Positions 1-7,295 of a stretch of 19,036 nucleotides of DNA are shown here, in pieces. Under the pieces are notes generated by a model. The model was given only the letters and a program-made list of their open reading frames with translations. It was not told the DNA's origin and made no database searches. The DNA comes from Planctomycetota bacterium (GTDB taxonomy: Bacteria > Planctomycetota > SZUA-567 > H5-PLA8): positions 1 to 19,036 of the forward strand of contig BTVV01000117.1 of assembly GCA_045863855.1 (NCBI GenBank). The letters are read 5' to 3'. The position numbers and the translations under genes were made by a program. Within the stretch, counting starts at the first letter, position 1. Each line of letters starts with the position of its first letter.

Positions 1-711
1 CTGGGAGTTACTATTGGATATTTTCCAGTATTAGCGGAAGAAAAACTTTCCGAAGAGGCCATATACAACCTAATCCTTCAGTCAGTAGATGGAAAGTCAC
101 ATGAATCCAGATCTGCCGCACAAAGTCTCCTCAAAGAGGCAGTAGAACGGGATTCTTCCAAGGCACTTGAAGCTTTAATGTTGGCCATTGGGCGATTGCG
201 GAGTGCTAGTGCGGCGGGCGATTCGCGGCTTATGGAGTCACTGGAATGCGGCTTGGCAAAATATGTCCGTTTATTTGACGCAACAAAGCATGAAGTTTCG
301 ATTTCACTTGGAATGATTTTGCTGTACGAAAACTCGACTCTAATTCAGCATTCTCTGTGCTTTGCGTTAGCCAATGCTAAGAGTAAATGCTTGCGAGCGC
401 CCCTAGAGCGACTACTGACATCGGAAAACGTAGGGGTTTGCGCAAATGCAGTTTATGCGCTAAGGACAATGGGTCATTTCGACATTCTTGTTAATCATTC
501 GAAATTACTAGAGAATACTCATTGGCGAGTTCGATATGAGATCGCATGCGGGCTAGCAACCCTTTGGGGCGTGGGCGATGTGCCAAAGTCTTGGGAGGAT
601 TCAGGAATGGATATTGATGAATACGACAAAAGAATTCTTGGGCCTTTTGTGGAAAGGGTCTTGGTGGTATTGCGCGAAAAGAAGGTGCAAAAGGAAGGAG
701 TGGAGAAATAG
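1..711 (+). CDS. HEAT/ARM-like helical repeat protein, 5'-partial; possible immunity-type protein
   Basis: The frame is open from base 1 (LGVTIGYFPVLAEEKLSEEAIYNLIL...), so the gene starts before the window rather than at 178. HEAT-like segments: LERLLTSENVGVCANAVYAL and LLENTHWRVRYEIACGL. Visibly AT-richer than the rest of the window. Confidence 0.65.
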   Translation: MGVTIGYFPVLAEEKLSEEAIYNLILQSVDGKSHESRSAAQSLLKEAVERDSSKALEALMLAIGRLRSASAAGDSRLMESLECGLAKYVRLFDATKHEVSISLGMILLYENSTLIQHSLCFALANAKSKCLRAPLERLLTSENVGVCANAVYALRTMGHFDILVNHSKLLENTHWRVRYEIACGLATLWGVGDVPKSWEDSGMDIDEYDKRILGPFVERVLVVLREKKVQKEGVEK

Positions 712-714
712 AGC

Positions 715-1284
715 GTGCATTCTAAAATAGCGTGTGGAATAGGCATTTTTTTTATAGCTCTGTTTGTCTATGGTACCTGGGTAAATCTTTGCGCCTCCAG
801 GTGGTGTCAGGTTCTGGGGCTTCCAATCAGCGGCCTTTTTGCTATTGCTGCCTATAGGGCCTTTGAAAAGGCGCGCAACCAAACTATATTTTCCATCATT
901 ACAGGCATTTTATCGTTAGCAAGTATTATTTTAATGGTGCTCTGGCTCCCAGCGCCTGCACTTGAACAGCAGGACTCGTTGAAAGGTTCGGGGCCGCAAT
1001 ACGCAACTAGTGAAGGGATGAGTGGCCTCTTTGATTTAGCAAAGGCACTTGAGGCTTCGATGGAATTTGCTCGTTCGGAAGCTGCTTATGAGAAACTTAT
1101 TGGGATTAATAAGTACAATCCCGATGTTCATTTTTCATACGCTGCGTTATTGGAAAAAATGGGAAAACGGAAAAAGGCAATTCACCACCTTGAGTTAGCG
1201 ATATTGTACTATGAGCCTGAAAGCCCGTATCGAGAAGAAGCACTTAGGGCACTGCGTATCCTGAGTAACGAACAAGGACCGTGA
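715..1284 (+). CDS. Membrane protein (about 3 N-terminal TM helices) with a C-terminal TPR domain
   Basis: Three hydrophobic stretches, then TPR-like pairs (ARSEAAYEKLIGINKYNPDVHFSYAALLEKMGKRKKAIHHLELAI). Starts 3 nt after the upstream stop and overlaps the next gene via GTGA. Confidence 0.75.
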   Translation: MHSKIACGIGIFFIALFVYGTWVNLCASRWCQVLGLPISGLFAIAAYRAFEKARNQTIFSIITGILSLASIILMVLWLPAPALEQQDSLKGSGPQYATSEGMSGLFDLAKALEASMEFARSEAAYEKLIGINKYNPDVHFSYAALLEKMGKRKKAIHHLELAILYYEPESPYREEALRALRILSNEQGP

Positions 1285-2177
1285 AAATGAGTCCTGTTCT
1301 GACTGAACTATTGGGCGGTCCCCTTTACGGCTACTGGTTTTTTTACGGTCTTGGAATGTTAGTTGCAGTTTGGATCGCATCCCATTTAGCCCTACGCCGC
1401 AATCTCGATTTCTGGAAAGTTTGGTGGATGCTATTGCTGTCCGTCCTTGGGGCCTTTGCCGGCGCGCGCATTGGATACATATTGTTTGACCCCGGCTTCG
1501 TGGAATATGGGGACTTAAGCAAAGGCGGTGAAGTCTCTTTTGGCGGCTTAGCTGGCGGTCTATTAGCCGCTTTGATCTGGGCGTTCTTTCGCAAACTGCC
1601 TATCCCCGATGTTCTAGATATAGCCGCCCCATCCATAATTCTGGGTGAAGGAGTCCAGCGTATCGGGTGCTTCTGCAATGGATGCTGCTACGGTCCCGTC
1701 GCTGACACTTCTATAAGTGTTCGCTTTCCCAAGTTCCTAACGCCTTCAGGTGATATTGGTGGAACTCCATGCTTCCTTCAGCAAATGGAGGCTGGGCTGG
1801 TGAAGCCATGGGAAGCCGAGTCTCTGCCTGTGATCCCCATGCAGCTTATTTGGATGGCGATTTGCCTCTCGATAACGGGCATTTGTCTGTGGCTATTCTA
1901 CAAGAACAAGTTCCGTGGAAGCCTGCTGTACTTGGCCTTTGTTCTTTACGGCTCGCTTCGCTTCATCGTTCAATGGTTCAGGCCCAATTATGATTTAAGG
2001 CAAGAGCAGTACGCCTGGAATATGGGCCACACCGCCTGCTTGATCATGGTTCTTTTAGGCGGATCCGTACTTTTGCTCCGCTGGCGTTTTGGACCGGATT
2101 GGGCCGGCTTTGAAGCGGCCAGAGCGGAGAAAGCGAAGATGAGGGCCATGAAAAAGGAGGCTCGCAAGAAGCGGTAG
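1281..2177 (+). CDS. lgt: Prolipoprotein diacylglyceryl transferase (Lgt) family protein, divergent
   Basis: GARIGYIL, GGEVSFGG, LDIAAPSIILGEGVQRIGCFCNGCCYG (Lgt signature, Cys-rich subtype) and YGSLRFIVQWFR; multiple TM helices. Confidence 0.85.
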   Translation: MKMSPVLTELLGGPLYGYWFFYGLGMLVAVWIASHLALRRNLDFWKVWWMLLLSVLGAFAGARIGYILFDPGFVEYGDLSKGGEVSFGGLAGGLLAALIWAFFRKLPIPDVLDIAAPSIILGEGVQRIGCFCNGCCYGPVADTSISVRFPKFLTPSGDIGGTPCFLQQMEAGLVKPWEAESLPVIPMQLIWMAICLSITGICLWLFYKNKFRGSLLYLAFVLYGSLRFIVQWFRPNYDLRQEQYAWNMGHTACLIMVLLGGSVLLLRWRFGPDWAGFEAARAEKAKMRAMKKEARKKR

Positions 2178-2181
2178 TTTC

Positions 2182-2454
2182 TCCAGCCGGTTGACCGCGG
2201 CGAACTGCGGGCGCTACAATACGCTCGTGGAACGGACGTACGATTCGGGGAGCCGGCTGACGAGCGAGAAGCTGACCGTGGACAGTGTCGCGTACACGAC
2301 CACCAGCGCGTATGACGCCGCCGACCGGCGCACGTCCATCACGTACCCGAACGGGAAAGTCGTCGCGCAGACGTTCACGACCCGCGACCAGCTTTCCAAC
2401 GTGAAGTACGATGGCGTGAACGTCGGGACTTTTGTGTACGACATCGGCATGCGC
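2182..2454 (+). pseudogene. Orphan RHS/YD-repeat fragment truncated by IS256
   Basis: YD repeats: RTYDSGSRLTSEK, AYDAADRRTSITYPNG, FVYDIGMR. No credible start or RBS. GC rises abruptly after the lgt stop, and RHS-like sequence ends at the IS terminal repeat. Confidence 0.85.
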
Positions 2455-2745
2455 GATAACGTCCGTTCTTTTGCGCACATTTGAAAAATGGGTTAGAGCC
2501 GTCTCGGTCGCCACTTAAGGAGAACCGAGGATGGACGCTAACGCAAGGCGTGAGAACGAGTTGAAGAAGGTCATTCAGATCGACGAGGGGCGCATCCAGG
2601 CGCACTTGGACGAGAAGGTCCGGCAGAGCGTCGAGGAGACGCTCAACGCGCTCCTGGACGCCGAGGCCGACGAACTCTGCCAGGCCAGGCGCTACGAACG
2701 CACGGCCGCTCGGCGCAGTACGCGCGCGGGGCATTACACGCGCGC
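2455..2745 (+). mobile_element. Truncated IS256-family element (left end plus 5' part of transposase)
   Basis: GATAACGTCCGTTCTTTTGCGCACATTT at 2455 resembles the IS256 left IR as I recall it (GATAAAGTCCGTATAATTGTGTAAAA) and is followed by an IS256-type transposase N-terminus. No right end found in the window. Confidence 0.85.
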
Positions 2746-2758
2746 TGTACCCGACTAA
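2531..2758 (+). pseudogene. IS256 (mutator-type) transposase N-terminal fragment
   Basis: VRQSVEETLNALLDAEADELCQARRYERTAARRSTRAGHYTR is a typical IS256 transposase N-terminus. AAGGAG lies upstream. Similarity ends at about 2743, followed by unrelated AVPD-stop. Confidence 0.9.
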
Positions 2759-3023
2759 ATTCTGATCGAACTTTTTACCGAATTAGTTTGTCGTGGATGT
2801 TCGGCTTTCGCTGGGGTGTCTTGCCGAATTGCCAGAAATTTCCGTGGCGCTCCCTGGGCGGATTCCCAATTTGGCGTCGTAGGCCAAGCCCTTTCGATAA
2901 CGCATCTTCGAGCCGGCATTCCCGAATTGGCGTCGTAACTTTCCGCTGACGGTGCAGGCCGGGTCAGGATTCCCGCGCTCTGGTCGTAGTTTCAAGCCGG
3001 CCCGTTGCCGAATTGGCGCCGAA
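2746..3023. repeat. Degenerate ~20-bp direct repeats beginning at a TGT junction (candidate mobile-element end)
   Basis: ATTCCCAATTTGGCGTCGTA (2862), ATTCCCGAATTGGCGTCGTA (2918), ATTCCCGCGCTCTGGTCGTA (2969), GTTGCCGAATTGGCGCCGAA (3004); weaker copies at 2820, 2774 and 2746. Confidence 0.6.
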
Positions 3024-3392
3024 AGATCTCGGCGAGGCGCTCGACGTTCTTCGGATCGGGCGGACGGGCGCATGACGTGGCGCCGCGGTCGGCGGAGGGC
3101 CGGCTTGGCGCTGGCGTTCGAGCCAATCCTGGAGCCGCGCGACGGCATTGGTGCTGAACATGGTGCAATGTTCGCGTCCGCTAACTCGGCTACGACGCCA
3201 TCGTTGGCGGACGTGAACCTTACCCGTCCAGCCTGCGTGGCTGCGCCGTAGCGGCTTTGTACGCCCGGGACCGTCCCGAAGTAGTACGCGCGTCGAAAAG
3301 CCCTCGTAGCGCCTTCGTATGCGCGGGACGGGCCTGCTGGGCGCGCCTTCGACGGCATGAATCGCAGCCGGCATCTCGTCGTTCTGGAAATA

Positions 3393-3413
3393 CCCCAAAC
3401 TCTTGGGGCTTTT
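3393..3413 (+). terminator. Short hairpin with T-run (possible intrinsic terminator)
   Basis: CCCCAA-ACTC-TTGGGG followed by CTTTT. Confidence 0.3.
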
Positions 3414-3437
3414 GCCCGAACGGGTGCAGCCGGCCTT

Positions 3438-3459
3438 TTTACTGGACCAGTCCAGTAAA
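3438..3459. promoter_or_regulatory. 22-bp palindrome, operator or recombinase-site-like
   Basis: TTTACTGGAC-CA-GTCCAGTAAA: perfect 10-bp arms with a 2-nt spacer. Confidence 0.5.
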
Positions 3460-3515
3460 CGCGAGCAACGGGGCAGGCGAATCCGGAAATCTAGTGCAGC
3501 GCGCGTTTACAACGC

Positions 3516-3638
3516 TTACAGATTCTGGAACAACAAGAAGATCCCGGCCCCTGCTACGGCGAGCAGCATCAGCCCGACCAACAACTTCAAGCCATTGGCT
3601 TCGAAGAGTTCGTCGAGGCTCTTCTTGCGCGGCGACAT
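3516..3638 (-). CDS. 40-aa single-pass membrane peptide (absent from the ORF track)
   Basis: ATG at 3638 to TAA at 3516: MSPRKKSLDELFEANGLKLLVGLMLLAVAGAGIFLLFQNL. Basic N-terminus and one uninterrupted hydrophobic helix. Confidence 0.55.
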   Translation of the reverse strand: MSPRKKSLDELFEANGLKLLVGLMLLAVAGAGIFLLFQNL

Positions 3639-3741
3639 GCACTTACGGTAGTGGTATTGGAATACGGGTCAAGCCGGAAGGGTCCGGCTTGTTTCGTGTC
3701 GTGCATGTCTTGATGGCGCAGCAGGTCCATTCCCACGGCAC

Positions 3742-3903
3742 CTACGGCCGCTGCCGTCCGCGCTTCTTCCGCGCGCGCACCTCGGTATGCCTGTAGATCG
3801 CGTTCACGGTCACGCCCAAGCTCTTGGCAACCTGGCTGGGGGACTGCCCCAAGGCGATCAAGTGGCGCACGCGTTTGGGGTTCAGGGGCTTGCCCTGTGG
3901 CAT
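3742..3903 (-). CDS. 53-aa stand-alone helix-turn-helix protein (Hin/resolvase HTH-like)
   Basis: C-terminal part of track ORF 3742..4890, from ATG 3903: MPQGKPLNPKRVRHLIALGQSPSQVAKSLGVTVNAIYRHTEVRARKKRGRQRP, with a G-S-xx-VA-xx-LGV-xxx-IYR HTH pattern. Confidence 0.7.
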   Translation of the reverse strand: MPQGKPLNPKRVRHLIALGQSPSQVAKSLGVTVNAIYRHTEVRARKKRGRQRP

Positions 3904-4061
3904 TTTGGAGCATCCGGGCGCGATTCGATAATCCTGGGTGGGGGTGAGCACGGGTTGTGCCATGAGGAAGCGGGCTGCGATTCCACACCTTGAGCAGGGA
4001 ATTGGGTGCGGGTGGCTGGCGGCGTAGCCTGGCTGGATCCATGGCCTTGGGCTGTCTGGGG

Positions 4062-4085
4062 CGTTGACTACTTCGTTGACCACCC
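4062..4085. repeat. Tandem 12-bp direct repeat resembling tyrosine-integrase arm-type sites
   Basis: CGTTGACTACTT immediately followed by CGTTGACCACCC, in non-coding DNA upstream of hsdM. Confidence 0.4.
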
Positions 4086-4221
4086 GGCTGTCCGCCGCGC
4101 CCTTGGCGTACGTCTCGCCCGCCGCTAAGCTGGGCTCACTTCCAGTTTCTTGTACCGCCGGGCAACCGGGGGCATCACGCGGCGCGGACCACCGCGCCGG
4201 GACCACCACGGCATGGGTACC

Positions 4222-5964
4222 ATGAGCGAGCCGAATCTTTCGTCCTTCATCTGGTCCGTCGCCGACCTCCTGCGCGGCGACTACAAGCAGTCCGAGTACG
4301 GGAAGGTCATCCTGCCCTTCACGGTCCTGCGGCGGCTGGATTGCGTGCTGGAGCCCACCAAGGCCGCGGTCCTGGACGAACTGGCCAAGCGCAAGAAGTC
4401 CGGCGTGAACCCAGAACCCTTCCTGCTCAAGAAGTCCGGGCAGCTCTTCTACAATGCGTCGCCGCTGGACCTGAAAAAGCTCATGGGCGATCAGGACCAC
4501 ATCGCGGAGAACCTGCGCGCGTACCTCCAGGCATTCTCGCCGGCCGTGCGCGACATCTTCGAGCGCTTCGAGTTCCACGCCCAGATCGAGCGGCTTGCCA
4601 AGGCCAAGCTCCTGTACCTGGTGGCCGAGAAGTTCGCCCGCATTGACCTGCACCCCGAGGCCGTCAGCAACGCCCAGATGGGCGCGGTCTTCGAGGAACT
4701 GATCCGCAAGTTCGCGGAACTGTCCAACGAGACGGCCGGGGAGCACTTTACGCCGCGCGAAGTGATCCGGCTCATGGTTAACCTGCTCTTCGTCGAGGAC
4801 GACGAGGCGCTGACCAAGCCCGGCGTCGTGCGCTCGATCTACGACCCTACCGGCGGCACCGGCGGCATGCTCAGCGTCGCCGGCGAGCATCTGGCCGGCC
4901 TGAACCCCGGCGCGCGCCTGGTCATGTACGGGCAGGAACTGAACCCCGAGTCCTACGCGATCTGCAAGGCCGACATGCTGATCAAGGGGCAGGACATCGC
5001 GAACATCGTCTTCGGGAACACGCTTTCCGACGATGGGCTACCGGGGAAGCACTTCGACTACGCCTTGTCCAATCCGCCCTTTGGCGTGGAATGGAAGAAG
5101 ATCGAGCGCGAGATTCGCAAGGAAGCCGAGGAACAGGGCTACAACGGGCGCTTCGGCCCTGGCTTGCCTCGCGTCAGCGACGGCTCGTTGCTCTTTCTCT
5201 TGCACCTGATCAGCAAGATGCGCCCGGCCAAGGACGGCGGGAGCCGCTTCGGGATCGTCCTGAATGGTTCGCCGCTTTTCACGGGGGGCGCGGGTTCCGG
5301 CGAGAGCGAGATCCGCCGCTACGTGCTGGAGAACGATCTTGTCGAGGCCATCATCGGCCTGCCCACGGACATGTTCTACAACACCGGCATCAGCACCTAC
5401 GTCTGGATCGTGAGCAACCGTAAGCCCCAAGCGCGCCGGGGGAAGGTGCAGTTGATTGATGCCAGCGGCTACTGGCAGAAGATGCGCAAGAGCCTGGGCA
5501 GCAAGCGCAAGGAGCTGAGCGCCGAGCATATCGAGGAGATCACGCGGCTCTTCGGGAACTTCCGGAAGGCCAGCAAGGACGGTGCCCCGGTCAGCCTGAT
5601 CTTCAAGAACGAGGCGTTCGGGTACCGCACGATCACGGTGGAGCGCCCGTTGCGCGACGAGAAGGGGCAGGCGGTGCTGGGCACGAAGGGGAAGCTGAAG
5701 GGGAAGCCCCAGCCCGATCCGGCGCTGCGCGATACCGAGAACGTGCCGCTGGGCGAGGACGTGGACGCGTACTTCAAGCGGGAGGTATTGCCGCACGCGC
5801 CGGACGCCTGGATTGACCACGAGAAGACGCAGGTGGGGTACGAGATCCCGTTCAACCGGCATTTTTACGTCTTCAAGCCGCCGCGGGCGTTGAGCGAGAT
5901 TGACGCGGAACTGAAGGTCGTGACGGACCGCATCCTGGGCATGATCGGGGGGCTTACGCAATGA
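4222..5964 (+). CDS. hsdM: Type I restriction-modification DNA methyltransferase subunit M
   Basis: Likely start [22 protein letters not shown]. Motifs [12 protein letters not shown]-binding YDPTGGTGG and catalytic SNPPF. ATGA overlap with hsdS. Confidence 0.97.
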   Translation: MSEPNLSSFIWSVADLLRGDYKQSEYGKVILPFTVLRRLDCVLEPTKAAVLDELAKRKKSGVNPEPFLLKKSGQLFYNASPLDLKKLMGDQDHIAENLRAYLQAFSPAVRDIFERFEFHAQIERLAKAKLLYLVAEKFARIDLHPEAVSNAQMGAVFEELIRKFAELSNETAGEHFTPREVIRLMVNLLFVEDDEALTKPGVVRSIYDPTGGTGGMLSVAGEHLAGLNPGARLVMYGQELNPESYAICKADMLIKGQDIANIVFGNTLSDDGLPGKHFDYALSNPPFGVEWKKIEREIRKEAEEQGYNGRFGPGLPRVSDGSLLFLLHLISKMRPAKDGGSRFGIVLNGSPLFTGGAGSGESEIRRYVLENDLVEAIIGLPTDMFYNTGISTYVWIVSNRKPQARRGKVQLIDASGYWQKMRKSLGSKRKELSAEHIEEITRLFGNFRKASKDGAPVSLIFKNEAFGYRTITVERPLRDEKGQAVLGTKGKLKGKPQPDPALRDTENVPLGEDVDAYFKREVLPHAPDAWIDHEKTQVGYEIPFNRHFYVFKPPRALSEIDAELKVVTDRILGMIGGLTQ

Positions 5965-7295
5965 GCTTCCCGCGTTACCCGAGGTACAAGGAAAGCGGCG
6001 TGGAGTGGCTGGGGCAGGTGCCGGAGCATTGGGCAGTGATTTCGATCAAGTGGTTGTCTCCCGTGAAGCGAGGCGCATCGCCACGTCCGATTGACGACCC
6101 AGCCTATTTCGACGATGAAGGCGAATTCGCTTGGGTGCGTATTGCCGATGTCTCTGCTTGTAATGGAGTGTTGAACGAAACCACACAGCGACTTTCAGAA
6201 CTTGGAAGTTCGCTCAGCGTCAAGATCGCGCCGGGCGATCTTTTCGTCAGCATTGCCGGCACTGTCGGCAAGCCGTGCATTTCGGCGATAAAGGCATGTA
6301 TCCATGACGGGTTCGTTTATTTTCCAGCTTTGAAAATTCCCGCACTGTTTCTGTACCGGATATTCGAAGGCGGCGTTTGCTACGGCGGTCTCGGTAAGTG
6401 GGGGACTCAGCTCAACCTGAATACGGACACCATCGGCTCAATTCGCGTCGCGATACCCCCGGCTGATGAAATGGAGAGTCTTCTATCCTTCCTGGGCCGG
6501 GAGACGGCGAAGATTGACGCGTTGGTGTCGGAGCAGCGGCGGCTGATCGAGCTTTTGAAGGAAAAGCGCCAGGCCGTGATTTCGCACGCCGTCACCAAGG
6601 GCTTGAACCCCGCCGCGCCCATGAAACCGTCGGGCATCGAGTGGCTCGCCGACGTGCCGGCGCATTGGGAAGTGAAGCCCATCAAGCATATTGCCCAAGT
6701 CGGCAATGGCTCCACGCCGAATCGCGAAGTTCCTGAGTATTGGACCGAAAGCGGATTCCCGTGGCTTAATAGTTCAGTGGTGAACTCCCCGCTTGTCACA
6801 GAAGCGGAAGGCTTCGTCACCGAACGTGCGCTCAGCGAATGCCACTTGCCCGTTGTGATTCCGCCCGCGGTCCTTCTTGGGATTACAGGGCAAGGCCGAA
6901 CACGCGGAATGGCTTCGATGCTTGGAATCAAAGCCACCATCAATCAGCACGTGGCCTACGTAAAGCCGCGCATCCCTGACCTTGACGTGAACTTCTTATT
7001 CAGGACTTTCCAAGCGGCTTACCTAGTGCTTCGCCGCGATAGCGAAGAAGCGGGTGCCACGAAAGGAGCGATTACCTGCGAACAAATCGGAAACTTGAGA
7101 ATCCCTGCGCCACCCCTGCCGGAACAGCAAGCCATCGTCGCACTCCTTGACGCCGAAACCGCCAAGCTCGACGCCCTCACCGCCGAAGCCCAGCGCGCCA
7201 TTGACCTGCTCCAAGAGCGCCGCACCGCGCTCATCTCCGCCGCCGTCACGGGCCAGATTGACGTGCGCGCCCATTCCCCCGCGGAGGTCGCGTGA
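5961..7295 (+). CDS. hsdS: Type I R-M specificity subunit S
   Basis: Two TRDs, each preceded by the conserved repeat ([16 protein letters not shown] / [16 protein letters not shown]), with coiled-coil spacers ([39 protein letters not shown]). The TRD DNA is AT-richer than its flanks. Confidence 0.97.
   Translation: MSFPRYPRYKESGVEWLGQVPEHWAVISIKWLSPVKRGASPRPIDDPAYFDDEGEFAWVRIADVSACNGVLNETTQRLSELGSSLSVKIAPGDLFVSIAGTVGKPCISAIKACIHDGFVYFPALKIPALFLYRIFEGGVCYGGLGKWGTQLNLNTDTIGSIRVAIPPADEMESLLSFLGRETAKIDALVSEQRRLIELLKEKRQAVISHAVTKGLNPAAPMKPSGIEWLADVPAHWEVKPIKHIAQVGNGSTPNREVPEYWTESGFPWLNSSVVNSPLVTEAEGFVTERALSECHLPVVIPPAVLLGITGQGRTRGMASMLGIKATINQHVAYVKPRIPDLDVNFLFRTFQAAYLVLRRDSEEAGATKGAITCEQIGNLRIPAPPLPEQQAIVALLDAETAKLDALTAEAQRAIDLLQERRTALISAAVTGQIDVRAHSPAEVA

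Noticed and set aside
2774..3023. CRISPR or TIGR-like guide array
   Set aside because: The repeats are too degenerate and irregularly spaced. There are no cas genes, and the RuvC protein is only 155 aa with no Nop or other RNA-binding domain. Kept only as a binding-site array.
2783..3796. Track ORFs 2783..3358, 2952..3251, 2964..3398, 3257..3796 and 3403..3651
   Set aside because: They overlap each other, are Arg/Ala/Pro-rich and show no motifs or RBS, as expected for chance ORFs in GC-rich DNA. A decayed minus-strand gene around 2993-3161 cannot be excluded.
4150..4221. TTG start for hsdM at 4150
   Set aside because: The extension is low-complexity, and recognisable HsdM sequence starts at ATG 4222 (or 4213).
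3904..4890. 382-aa minus-strand ORF 3742..4890 as one gene
   Set aside because: Most of it is the antisense shadow of hsdM. Only the last 53 codons look like a real HTH protein.
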